DNA of 64,000 nt from Octopus sinensis (lineage: Eukaryota). Position numbers and translations under genes: made by a program. The stretch is from NCBI RefSeq assembly GCF_006345805.1, contig NW_021832528.1, positions 62,001 to 126,000 on the forward strand. Direction: 5' to 3'. A model generated the notes under the pieces. It was not told the origin of the DNA, ran no database searches, and saw only the letters and a program-made list of their open reading frames with translations. The stretch's first letter is position 1, and the number at the start of each line of letters is the position of its first letter. Shown piece by piece: positions 23,051 to 36,016 of the stretch.

Positions 23051-25559
23051 TGGAAATTGAAAAACATGAGCAACAAGTTTCGAGAGCCACCAACCACCTC
23101 CTAAAATTGGCTAGAGAAACAACAGATCCACCAGATTTGCCGGAAGATGTGTCTCATGTGTCATATGAAGTGTTAGAGAAAGAGAATACGCAGATCCAGT
23201 GCAACGGTCCAAAAAGGAGGAGAATTATACAGATTAGTTAGTTATTAGTAACTAAAGACGTTAATTTATAATAAGGCTTCATTGGGTACTGTGACTAAGC
23301 AATGTCCATGAGAAAATGAGAAGAGCTGTTCCTGGTCATCCATACAAGAAGTCATCCATTTGGATTACGAAAAATGGAATAATTACCAGAGGCAAAAATG
23401 TCCAGCTGTCATGGAATGTGGTTTATTGATGTAACGAAACGACAATTCAATAAAAAAATCTCATCCTGTTAAATCAATGTCGTAACAATATAGACGTAGG
23501 GCAGGATTTTCTTAACTGCTTTCAACGATTAACAGTTGATTGTCTTTCGTTCAAGATATATGACAGTAATTTCAAGTGCGGCCCCCAGGATTTAATTTGC
23601 TTTTTTTCAATAGTAAGATGGTTAAGCCGTAGCTCTTGTCTCAAAAGGTTAATTTACTTCAACTAGTAAAATTAAACTTAATTTTGATTATTTAGTTAAT
23701 AAATAATTGATAAAAATTATTTGCGGGCCCTGAATAAAAAGCTTGAGAATCACTGATATATATATTTCCACCGGTATAAAAATGACAATAATCAGACAAA
23801 ATTTAAGAATTCGAATACAACTAAAATAACCGAATTTGGAAATTATATCAAAACAAATAAAAAAATAGATAGTGGATGGTTCTCGCTGACAAAATAAGAG
23901 AAGACTCATTGGGTTGTCACATAATTAGGTCAACTGTACCGCATTCTTTCGAATACTGATTCCTGGAAAAATCACATTAATTAATTTCTGGCAACAGCCG
24001 AAACCTTCTATGTGAGTTTAAACATTTACAAAACAAAATTAATGAATAATGGCCAGTTGTCATGGAATGTGGTGTATTGACCAGAAAAACGACAAATCAA
24101 TGAAAATACCAAGTACTATCACAATAGGGACCATAAACCACATTTTCTGACCTCTTTAAGAACTGGTCATTATTTTATAATAATTTTGTCGGATATGTGA
24201 GGTGTGTATATGAATGTCGTAGGTGTTAAAAAGGAACATAAAATCAGAAAAATGTAAAAATTTCAATATGACTAAAATAAAAATGATTTGAAAGGAATAA
24301 AATCGAAATAAATATTAAACGATGAAATTTCAAATAATGTAATCATTAAATGAAAAGTCATGAAAAATTATTCCTCCAAAATATATAAAAAATAAAATGA
24401 CAAAAGACAAGGAATGTGGTACAACAAACCTGATCTAACAGACGTATGAGAATGTTTTAATTAATTAGGTTTTCCAATTAAAATAAGGATAAATAAAAAA
24501 AACATTAATAAAGTATTAAAATCATACAGAGCTAATGTGTGATAGTAAATATTTTTGAAAGAAGAAAAACTGATATGTAAGTTTTGAGACATGAAAATCG
24601 ACAACTATAACTGTAGGGTTATCTAATAGCCTAAGAAAATAAAAACTAAAAGAATCTACAAAGAGATTTTAACATGACTGCAGACATTTCTTCAGTGGCG
24701 AAAAAGTATGTTCCAGTTTTTTTAAGTACAAAATGTTCGAAGAATACGCCAAAATGTGGGCTGCGTCAATAAAGACGTATCCTCAAATAACAAAATTAGG
24801 AGAACCTTGTTCCGTTGAGTGAAGTCCGATTTCACTTGATAAATTTCCAAATTAGGGAATGCTTCAATTCTATTTCCGTTTCTCTAAAATTCCAGGTGAT
24901 TTTTAAACTTTAACAACGACTTTCCGACTGTTGTTCATCAATGGATTATTCAGCAATTCAGACTTTGAGATTACTTTTCATTTATATCTTACAGTTTCAC
25001 TTTTTATCAAGTTTGAACCAATTTTTGGTTTGGAGAAATTTTAAAATTTATCTTTTTACCGTCGAACATTATCTTGACCGGTTCGAATCCGTTTCATCCA
25101 ACCAACGGCGCCAAAAACGCATAAAGAAAAAAATACTTATCTTTCGGAAAATTATTCAGTTCTATGTTAGTCAAGACGTCCGCAATGGACGGGAAAAACA
25201 AAAAATTTTATTTGTAAGATCTGTGACAGTCGTTTTTGTTGCTAAAAAGGCCTACCTCGGCTTTTCCTGTCATTTCTGATTGTTTTTCTGCTAAAGACGT
25301 AGTTCAAAATAGAAAAAAACAACATAAACAAGTTTGATCAAATTAGCTGGACAAGTATAATTTAAGAACTAATCAAACATATGTTGATTTATGAACCTAA
25401 TATATTAAAAATCATTTTACTTAATTTGAGCTTTATTTTATCACCAAATATTTTAATTTTGATGGTCGCACATATTTTAAAATTACAATGATGCAATTGA
25501 TGATATATAAGTCAGTTTTTTTACTATTTTAATATAATGAAAAAAATAGAGTCAATACA

Positions 25560-25740
25560 TATTAGGAAATTAAAATCCGTCAGTGGCCGCAATTCGAATA
25601 ACAAACGAGTTACCTTGCAAGATTGCTATAGATACCCTCAGCTGGTTTCCAGTGTTCATTATTTTTTTCCGATGAGCTTTCAGGTGACTAAAAGAATCCT
25701 CTTCTCCGGCCCAATCACGCCGCTCGTTTATAAGTCAGTT
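25560..25740 (-). mobile_element. possible hAT dimerisation-domain relic
   Basis: EHWKPAEGIYSNLARQLVC resembles the WWK..YPxLARLA motif. Confidence 0.35.
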
Positions 25741-26309
25741 GTTTGATAAAATATAAAATGAGAAATGTTAACCATATCACGGTAGAACTTAAATTTGATC
25801 AAAAAAAGACGATGAAAGCAAATCTCTCAACATTAGCAGTCGACGTTTATATTTAGTTAAACTTCGAGCTGAATTGTGGCAGAATTAGATAATTTTTAAG
25901 GCATGCAAGTTAATTATTGTTTTATTATTGAAACATATAAAGTTGGATCCAAAAAAAGTTTTGTAGGGAAAAGATCCCCTTCAGCTTTGAGTGTGATTAC
26001 TGACAAATATATAAAGTTTAGCCATAGGACAGAAAAACCAAAGCAAATATCAAGTCGTTCATAAGCATGCAAGTAAAGAAAACATGAATGTTCTACGCCT
26101 TCTTGAAGAGAGAAGACAATTACTCATTGTGATTTATTACAATTAATCTAAATGGGCGTTATTTAAAGAGTCAAATCTAAAAAATCAATTATTTTTTAAC
26201 AGAGAAATATCAATTACAAATGCAATGTGGAAATGAGCTTAATTAAGTACCGGAATGAATATTATTATTAGAATAAAGAATGTTAATATTTTTTTATTTC
26301 CTCATGCCT

Positions 26310-28902
26310 TAACATATGGCATTGTCCGAATCGTATGGGAAACACTCATTGCATGCTTGGATAAGTAATATTCATACCTGTTGCTCCCACAGTGGTCACC
26401 GTGAATGTTCCGTACGTCAGATTCAACTGGAAATTATTACTAGGTTATGAAATAGATATGGACTTACTGTAGAATTAATTCAGAATAATTGCCTGTAAGT
26501 ATTCTAAGCTTATACATCGAAATGAATACGATGTTGGTTGGGATTCACCTATTTGGAAGCAGATTATAGAGCTTTCAAAAGAAATTTTGTATTTAATGCT
26601 AATAAAAGGAAGGTACGTTTTGTATTTCGGCAAAGAACTAGAATTTTGTTATTCTTAAAAATACAGATATGACAAACTCGAACACGTCGAGAATGCCGAA
26701 CGACTGAAATACTGCAATTCCCAGCAATTCAAAGAAATCTATAGTTGAAATATTGAATTAAGTCATTACTAGGGCAATTTTTTCAGGCACTTAAAATTTA
26801 TTTTTAGGACCTTAAAAATAGGCATTTTAGGACTTTATTTTAATTTTTAGACTTTATTCTACATTTTTAGGCACATTTTAATAGGTATTAAATCAAAAAT
26901 CGTAAAAAATTATTTGTTTATAGTATTAAAAAATTTTTGACATTTCCGCATTGAAACCCTATCTTTAGTATTAATTTTTTAAGCAAAAAATGCTCTTTCA
27001 ACGGTGATGATGTACCTGAAATTTTCTTATTTTCCATATTCTTCAGGAAGATATTACTTTCTCCATTTCTATAATTGATTCTATGTCATTTTTGTGTATC
27101 TTTTTTGTATGTATTCATTTATTTCTGCATTATCAGACGAAATTTTAACAAACAAAGATCTGAATGTGCATCATTTATTGTATAACTTGTGGATTCCATT
27201 TTTTTCATATTTGATTAAGTATCTGATAATTTTCATTTATTTCCATTAGACTTTTTCTTAAGGTTGGCGATCAATTGCTTGTTTTACTTTTTTAACTAAT
27301 ATTCCGTCGTCTTTGAAATTCTCCACAATTTCAGCATTGAACAAAATTATTTGCATAATAGTATGCGCTTGGCAGCCAACTACCCCTCTATTTATGATCG
27401 TCGGGCGGATAACCTTGTAGAACATTTTTTTCTAGTTTTGTTTTTCACTATTGATGTCTTTATAGTCGCAATAAGATTATCACGTCCGAATAATACGCCT
27501 TTACTCTGAGACAGCATTAGTAACAAATGTGCAAACACATGTTACATGGAACATCCTAGGATAAGCATTTTCAATGTTTTTCCGGCTAAAAATATTCAAC
27601 AAACTACCCAAAATCATATACGGGGCTGCATCAGAAAGAAAAAGAAGAAATTATTGCGTATAATCTCGAATTTTTTAATCTCTTCATCGATAATCTGAAG
27701 AATTGTGTTAGCAGTTACAGATTCATATAAAGGTTCACACGAAATTAAATAGGTCTTCTCTGGTAAGCGATATTCCCATGAGAACAACTACAAACTTCTG
27801 TCATTTACTGTCACCTCGTCAACAACCATAAAACTTTTGAGATCTAAAAATTAATCATTGTTACCTTAGATCACTTTTATACTTGGATAATTTTGTTCAC
27901 TGATTGCAGGATACAATTGCGACAGGCTGACTGGGAAGGAAGCGAAATATTCATTTTCAAACAATCCCTTTAAGTGGATTATTGAGCTTATGAAGAGAAT
28001 GTTTGCTCAGAAACTTTGGCACTTCATCGGCATACTCTGAAAGTCTTCCGTTCGGTTTGACCGTTGATAGGATCTAAGGATTGTTGGAATCCTTCATTGT
28101 TATCTAAAAAAATAATTTTAAATTACTCAAAGCTTTAGATGTTTTGTAGATTGTCTATGCTGATCAATATAATATTTTTTTGATGCATTTACGTAGATCA
28201 TACATATTTCATATAGGACTGCCTTTAATCACTGTGAATTCTTTACGTAGTTTTCAAGGCTTTAGAGCTTTAGACTTTATGTAAACGTACACGTGGCATT
28301 TGAACACAAAAGTATTATCGCGTGCCTAATTTGTTATTTTTAAATATTTTTTTGTAACATTTAAAAATAATTTATTTTAAAAATTTTTAAGACCTTAAAA
28401 AATTTTTAGACCTTAAAAAATTTTTTAGGACCTTAACAATTTTTAAGCATTTAAGGCATTTATAACCGTTGTAGATAAATCTATTTTAATTAATTATAGC
28501 TTAAATTAATTATTTAATAAATAGACCTTTGGTGCAAAAGGCTTTTAGGCAAAAAATTGCCCTAGTCATTACACTGCATTTAACGATTTCAGACCATAAA
28601 AAGTATCGTCCATAATATATTTCAAGGAACCAGAACATTCTCTACGCAAATGAATAAAAAATTATCGACAGTGTTTCAAGTTGTGGAAATATTCCAAAAT
28701 TTGGTCTTCTAACAAATGAGACATTACTGAGTATATGAACATATATGATATTCGAATCAGTTTCAATGTTCGGAAAAATGCAATCTCCTAGCGACCTAGG
28801 TATACTTTAGAATTTTATAAACATTTGTTTTGTGTATCCCGATTCTAATTCATAGGTTTTTGACGTGATCTTAGAAACTAGCACTATGATAAAGACAAAC
28901 AT
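26310..28902 (-). CDS. LRR-family copy C, with a hAT element inserted in an intron
   Basis: Near-identical inverted copy of 47570-48363 apart from the 26770-28564 insertion. Confidence 0.6.
26770..28564 (-). mobile_element. non-autonomous hAT-like transposon, 1795 bp, intact ends
   Basis: 14-bp TIR TAGGGCAATTTTTT / AAAAAATTGCCCTA. 8-bp TSD GTCATTAC at 26762-26769 and 28565-28572; the empty site is present near 47900. Internal frameshifted FLLFLSDAAPYM and YPRMFHVTC. Confidence 0.92.
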
Positions 28903-29147
28903 TTGAATTAAAATTATTCACAATTTATTAAATTATCTTGACAAATTATATCATTCATTTTATAATCAGTTAATAAAATAATTAAAAACATGTATCCAAG
29001 TATTCAAAATCATTAAATTTCAATAAAAAATTTTTACCAAAAAATTTCGAAGTAATCCACGCTAAGAAATTCACAATATAACAGAAATCTACATCTACGA
29101 AATAATTATTCCCTTATAAACATATTTAATAATAATAAACAGCACAG

Positions 29148-29575
29148 TTACACATTGCAGTCCTTCCAAAGACCCCTAACAAGCACATTATGCAGAAAGT
29201 TATCCTTAGACATCCTTTCGTTAAGAGGAGGCCACGGATTCCCTTACAATCGATAATCACGATAACCTTTAAGTTCTAAAATCGACAATTTGACTCCTGT
29301 TCCGGGATAACGGTGAGGGGCAGTGAGAAGATTGGTGTAGGAATCCACGTGGTCTTGGAAACGAGGTACGAGGACTCGGAATAATTTTCTGATCAAATCC
29401 TTTTCCTGGAATTTTATAGAAAAAACAAAAAGAACCAAAAGCCAGTAATTGGCTTATTTCATGGTTTCAGCATGTCTGTCCCCGTAGAGTAATGCACGTT
29501 GAATTAACTAGTGATTTTGGATAGGGAGGGGACACGATTTCTGCATATCCTTGTGCCTCGTGGTGTTGGTCGTGC
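29148..29575 (-). pseudogene. MRPL17: 5'-truncated duplicate of mitochondrial ribosomal protein L17
   Basis: Near-identical inverted copy of 46885-47314, including introns. The first ~48 codons are missing. Confidence 0.88.
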
Positions 29576-29579
29576 TTGT

Positions 29580-29855
29580 GAGTTAGAAGTATCATTCATG
29601 ATATACATTAAGGAATCAGAACAGCCTCTAAACAAATGAATTGAGAATGATGACAGTCTTTCAAGTTTCGTGAAGATTCCAAAATTAGGTCTTTTAACAA
29701 ATAGAACATTTTTAGTATCTCAATGTTTGTTATATTCAAATGAGTTTCATTGTTTAGAAAAATGCAATCTTCAAAGAGCTATGAACATTTTAATTGTCGG
29801 CTAACAATTCATAGATTTTTAATTAGTTTTAAACACTAGAAAAATCACTGATCAT
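29580..29855 (-). pseudogene. LRR-family copy D, 5' part only, fused to the MRPL17 fragment
   Basis: VKRPNFGIFTKLE and SLMYIMNDTSN match copies A and E, then run out of frame into MRPL17 sequence. Confidence 0.7.
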
Positions 29856-30257
29856 CTATGCTAAAATTATTTACAATTCATTAACTTATCTTGGTGATTA
29901 TTATGTCTTTCATTTTAAAAACAGTAAATAAATAAGTAAAAATATTTTATTATTAACAGAAAGTTCAGAATATGAATGCAGATTACGAAATATGTCTACT
30001 TTCTGTAAAACATTTGACGAAAAACTAGAGTCAGCAAAGTTGTTTAAAACTAATCAAAATGAAGAAAATAGATAAACTGTCAGTAAGTGAACTACATCAA
30101 ACACACTATTTACATTTCAAATATTTAAAAAAGTATTATGCCCTATTAGTTTGAATTCAATATTTCGCAAAATAAACTGTTTGTGGAAAGATTGTGTTTT
30201 CAATTAAATATTATAAATAAGGTAGCTTTACTGATTCCCTGAGAGTGTGCTGTGTCG

Positions 30258-31486
30258 TATGTTTGAGGGGAGTATTACCTCCACGAATATATTCTCGTAA
30301 CCACGTGTCATGGTGGCTGTCTACAGTCAAAGAATGAGGGTTAATAAAGAAATAATTGAAATAAAATCATATTTGCCGAATTGTAACGTGTTGGGTCATA
30401 TAACAGGCACAAGACCGACAAAGAAGCATAAATCAGTGCATTGCTAGTAATGCCACTAATGAGTCAAGAAGACCTTTCTAAGTCTGGTGATATAGGATAT
30501 GTCTGATGATGTAATAAGCACATGTAATTGACAGACCAATTCACGGAAATACTCAACTAATATAACACAGTACAACACCTGTTAGAACACATTGGTTTGT
30601 GTATATCACAAATTGACCAGACGCTCTTATAAAACAGGACAAGCTGTCCTCCGCCCTGGGAATCGACACGCGTGTGTGCTACCACTTCTCTACAGAACTA
30701 TCTCTCGGCGGACATGCCCGTCCCCCGCCCACATGCAGTGCCCAGTCTACCAAGGCAGTAGAAGAGCATTTCTCACTAAAAACAAAGAGCTCTTTGTCCG
30801 ACGTTTCTTTGGGCAAATGAACAACATAATCTCCGAACAAGTAAGTGGTGGACTGACCAGGCAAGTGAACTGATTTCGGAGGACAGACTACTCTCCTCGG
30901 CACACAAATGAGACATTCCGAACTACTCTTACTTAATCCACGTCCGCGTGCACATTTTCACCGACATTGTCCAAATATACGTCCACACTATACGCCCTCT
31001 CTATAAGGCACAAGTCTATCATTTGGTCGAGTCCTTCAGTCTGTCCTCTCTGCTCTCTCTCACCCCTCCCTCCATTCCGATTTATTGTACTCTTTAGTTG
31101 CTTGTCAAGGATAACAAAAACAGTTCGTATGGCGAGTATAATTTTAAATTCAGACTGCCATTTATCAGTCCAAGTCTACACATCAACACCGCGTACGACT
31201 GGGTTAATCCATTTCTGCTTATTTGTAGAGAAATACTATCATCTATTGGGTATTCGGTGGCTCCAAACAATACAGATGTCCTCAAAAAATTGGACATCCA
31301 CGAAGTCTGTCAAACGAAATAAATATGCCCCAATAGTCTAGCGAGCTGTTTTGCACAAATACTGAACAAGGCATTTGTGTTGCACTGTCCGCTCCCAATT
31401 GGGACAGGAATATGAATATCCATTCAGAAACCACGAAAACGAAGAAGACCGTCTGGAAACTTGAGATACCGGCTCCAAAAATCTGA
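30258..31486 (+). CDS. unidentified multi-exon gene
   Basis: Repeated short GT..AG gaps (e.g. GTAAGTGGTGGACTGACCAG) between open GC-richer segments. Last exon ends LEIPAPKI*. No homology recognised. Confidence 0.4.
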
Positions 31487-32089
31487 ATTAGTTAGCCTCA
31501 GTCTTGGTTATAAACGCTCTGGCTACCTACTACTGGTCTTGGTAAGTACACACTACATGTGCTACTGTCTGAAACTGAACTAGTCATTAGACTCGCTGTT
31601 AATAATGTGTTCAGGAGGCTACCTGTTGGCAATTTTTGTCAATAATTTAATGAAAAACTTTTCTAAAAGAATGTAAAGCGTCCAAAGAATTGTCCAAAAA
31701 ATGTATTTAAGAATGGAACTTCATTCAATTCAAAAATAATAAATTTTGTGTTCGATGATACTTTTTAAACCTCGAGAGACATATAAAATTTTTACTAAAT
31801 TTAATTTGTTCGGTATAATCAACACTGGTAAAATAGCAAGTAATAATTCGAATCAATTAAGAACAAAAAGAACCAAAAGAAAATTAAATCATGGTATTGA
31901 AAGTAGAATTGGTTAGTAAATCATCCATTTCCACACTTTCAGTTATGCATAGAATGTTTTTTTCTCCAGGTGATCAAATCTATTACAGGCTATATGATGT
32001 GTTTCATACAATGTAGTCTGAAAACAAATCTTCGACTTTGGCCGAGGATGTTCGGTACACCGAATCGAGTGATTTCTAAATTACCGTAC

Positions 32090-32190
32090 TTGAACCGGTC
32101 GGGGTTGACAGAAGAGATGGAAAACGTCCTGATGGGATAGCAATTTTCCCATTTGAAGAGGGGAAACCCCTAGTCTGGGACGCAACCTGT
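32090..32190 (+). mobile_element. CRE/R2-like RLE endonuclease fragment
   Basis: [34 protein letters not shown]. Confidence 0.8.
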
Positions 32191-32854
32191 TGGCGGGGTC
32201 CACTTGGAATGGATGGTTTTGTTAACTTCTATTCTATAGTTGATATTTTCATTCATTTTCTGTATTAATAGTTAATTTAAAAAATTAATAATTTAAATCA
32301 CATTTAACATTTTTAACTTAGCGTGTCAGAAGGACTCCCCTCATGGATGGGGAACGGTGACGAGACTTACCCCAGCGGAAAGTTGCTTCCTTTTGGAATC
32401 GAACAGCCGTACTCCAACATCCATAACATACTTTTCACTCTATTTATTAATCATATTCACAAAGAGAATTATTTTAATTTCCCAATTGAATGATTTGACC
32501 TTGCTTAAACATTTAAATAACGATTATTTATTAACATTAAAATAGAAATATCCTACAAATTTGTATTTTTAGTTGAACTGGATTTTTTACAGATAAAAGC
32601 AATACATTTGAATAATTAAAATGAGCAATTTTTTAATCTTTTTTGATAGATATTTTTTAATGACTCATTTTATTCGGATATATTTTTTTAAGAATTAAAA
32701 AAGTCAATTTTTAGTACAAAAATATAGGCTCGTTCAAATTTTAAAGTGAGTTATGCTTAATTTGTAATTTTATCTGGTCCTCAGCACATAATAAGAATAT
32801 TTTTAATGAAATATTAAATATTTGATGACGACAATATCAATCAATTCATTAGAA

Positions 32855-33230
32855 TTGGACCGAGGAAATGGAAAACGCCCAGACGGGATGACTATCTTTC
32901 CGTTTTTGGAAGGAAAGCCTCTCGTATGGGATTCAACATGTTCTGACTCCTTGTCCAAGACAAACATGTTGGAAAGTGCCTGCAATGCTGGCACAGCTGC
33001 GGATAGAGCAGAGGACATCAAGAAGAAGAAATATGATGGGCTCACCGATCGTTACGTTTTCCGGCCGGTTGCCGTCGAAACCCTGGGATCGATTGGGAAG
33101 GAGTCGTTTCGCTTCCTCATGTGTATTGGACGTCTCAAGACCCTGAGAACACACAATCCTCTGGAGACGAGATGGCTTCTCCAGAACGTGTCCCAAGCAA
33201 TAGTGAGGGGAAACTGGATCGCCATCAGAT
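32855..33230 (+). mobile_element. CRE/R2-like RLE endonuclease fragment (young)
   Basis: [53 protein letters not shown]. Nearly identical to the inverted 44790-45160. Confidence 0.88.
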
Positions 33231-33643
33231 CTTCTTCTTATTGACCTTAACAATTAGCATATTCATTAGAATAAAAAATTAACATTATGATAATTTACAA
33301 TTAAAGACTTTAATCCTGAACTAGATTAAACTTCTGTCTTGTCAGTTCTATTAAAACTGATTATAAAATTTTTTCAAATTGTCAATATTATCAAATAAAA
33401 TAGTAACTAGTGATTGGTTCTCTGGATCACTCAAAGGTACAGGTTATATTTTATTTCATTCCACGCAATTCTTATATCACGTCGACCTGATCGGCCGGGT
33501 TATCATACTTAATAGAAACAACGTCAATTTTCATTTCAATCGGAATTATACCAATGAATTATTTAACAAGATTTCCAGATAACATGACATTTCAACTTAT
33601 GTATCAGATTTCCCACAATGATTTGTTTTTAAACCATTACCAG

Positions 33644-34317
33644 ATGAATTCATATAATTTCATTATACAGAATTATCGAATATCTGAGAACGTTTATTCA
33701 GATCACAATCAGCCTTCCATCCAAAATGAAATTGCTCCTCAGCAAATTCCGTGACTTTATACAAGCCTGATGTCAGCGACTTGGGTCTTGCCATTTCCAA
33801 TGATTACAAGGAAGACAACGTGCCTCATCTAATTACTGAAAAAGCAACAGTAAATGACGACACTCTTCAAAGAAAGTCTTTGGTAGAATTAGGAAACTAT
33901 TTCAAGACTAAAAGAATGAAATTTGGTTACTCCCAGTCCGAGATGGCCATTATAATGGAGAGAGGCGGGTTCCCCGTGTGTCAAACGACTATATGCAGAT
34001 TTGAGTTGGGTAAAGTCACAGCTACTTCAACGGCAAAACTGAAAGATGCTTTTTTGAGTGTTCTAGAATCTCTGAAGAAAAACCCAATTTCCAAGTCCCA
34101 CTTAAAGTCGCTCCCGAAAGCCAAAAAGAAACGAACATTTTTTGATAGAAAAACCAAAGAATACCTCGAAAATATTTTTTCAGTCAGCGTTTATCCAAAC
34201 AACGAAGAAATCGGGAAGATTGTAGCGGAGACTGACTTGCCGAAATATGTAGTCCGAGTCTGGTTTAAAAATAGAAGAAAGAGAGAACGTCGAACTATTT
34301 CTTCCGATGATCTATGA
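33644..34317 (+). CDS. POU-domain transcription factor (divergent)
   Basis: POU-specific domain FKTKRMKFGYSQ..CQTTICRFE; homeodomain KKKRTFF..VVRVWFKNRR. 26-nt intron 33751-33776. Start codon uncertain. Confidence 0.88.
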
Positions 34318-35109
34318 AATGTTCAATAAATACGAGTTTTTTTATCGTGTTATTTTCATGTCCTGACATGTCACGAATATAAAGTTGACTGTCATTGATT
34401 GTTAATGTAAGATATTTAAATTGGGGAGTTGGACTTGGATTGATCTATTGTATCGATTTTAAATATAATTTGTCCCACAACATAATTATCATAAAAATTG
34501 CCAATTCACATTCATAAGAGAATTCTGACATCATATAATGAAAGATTTTCCCAAAAGTGAAGTAATCAGAACTAGGATTGTTCACAACTGGCACAATTGA
34601 ATTATGAATAAAAACTTAACAAAAAAATGCTGTAAGAGATAGTCAACAATTTCTGTTATTTTTTTAATGGATTTGACTAATTTTGTAGAATCGACTAGTT
34701 TAGTATCCAAATGAGGCAAAGGGACGACATCGTCCTTTAGCGGCTCAAACATCTGAGCTCTCCTCTTTTCTCTCTCCACTTTGTTGAAAGTCTGTCTCTC
34801 TAACAATTGCTGAGGGAGTTTTTGTGTGTTCAGGATTTGTAATTTTTAGTTTTATTTTCGGGGAGTTTCCGTGGCTGCTCATTGGTGTAATGTCGGGACA
34901 ATTTATTCTCTCAACTTTGACCAGGAGACAATTGGAAGAGATATTTCTTTGGATAAAAAATGAATTTAATTATCATTTAATACTTTTACTGATCAATTGT
35001 GTTTTATATTTACAAATTCTGAGTTTTATTCGCGTCTTTTTTTTCTAGAATTTTTGATAATTTAATGATCTTAGTGATCATTTTCAAAATTTGTGTTCTG
35101 TGGCTCTTA

Positions 35110-35770
35110 TATATCCTGGGAAAATAGACTTTGCACGTGAATTAACCAGAGTCGAACCATTGATTAGAAATATTGAAAGTTAAGCATTGATTGTGTCAGG
35201 AATATGTATTTCTTGTATTTTCCAGCAGAAGTGAAACAATTTGTAATAAAATTTAAAAGAATTGAAATAATTCAGCCCTTCGTTTGTTTTGGCTACAAGG
35301 TGGACCTGGATCGTCTTCAATTTATGGACTATTTGTAGAAAATGGTCCTTTCTTTTTTGATTTAATATTAACTGTAGTTTAATGTAATTTACTTCATAGT
35401 ACAATTGAGAGAACTTTCATGAGCAAATAAATATAATGTAATCTACATTGATAATTTAGTATTTTGATATTTTTGACACTCAGATAGGATCGGGATTTAG
35501 TTTTTCAAAACAAAAATGTTATCTCACCACCCAAAATCAAGTCGGTTTATATTTATCAATGTGATTTATCAAATTGATATAAATTAGAATAATGAAATAT
35601 TTTATCAGCTCTTTCCAGAACTAATACCGAATGCTCTGTACATTACTGGGGAGTCATACGCTGGGAAATACATGCAATAAATCACTACAACAAAACACTC
35701 CTACGCCAATCAACCTAATTGGAATGCTCATCGGAAATGGATACTTCCCAAGACACTTACGGAGGTCAAT
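35110..35770 (+). pseudogene. CPVL: serine carboxypeptidase S10 (CPVL-like) fragment
   Basis: GKIDFARELTRV, FWLQGGPGSSSIYGLFVENGPF, IGSGFSF, FYQLFPE..LYITGESYAGKY then a stop, frameshifted INLIGMLIGNGY. The C-terminal half is absent. Confidence 0.78.
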
Positions 35771-36016
35771 AAATTTTTTGACACTTGTTATTTATAACTT
35801 ATTTAATTTATTATTTTATAAATTATGTTTTGCGTGGCTAACCTGACCTCCTCCCGTTTAATGTACAGGGAGGGCTTTTTGTTCAATATTAATTCTTTGT
35901 GGTGTTGGATGTCATATGATAAGCAAGAGCTTATTTTTATCATATTTAAGTCACAATCTTATCAAAACTATTAATTATGAATTTAAAAGCGCACACGTTA
36001 ACGTTCTACTTAAAGA

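Noticed and set aside
25075-25100. GGTTCGAATCC, a tRNA T-loop/B-box motif
   Set aside because: No D-arm/A-box, anticodon stem or acceptor stem can be folded upstream.
34582-34806. Minus-strand ORF resembling a bHLH basic region (FNKVEREKRR)
   Set aside because: Key HN..ER.RR spacing and helix-2 residues fit poorly, and no start or splice structure is supported.
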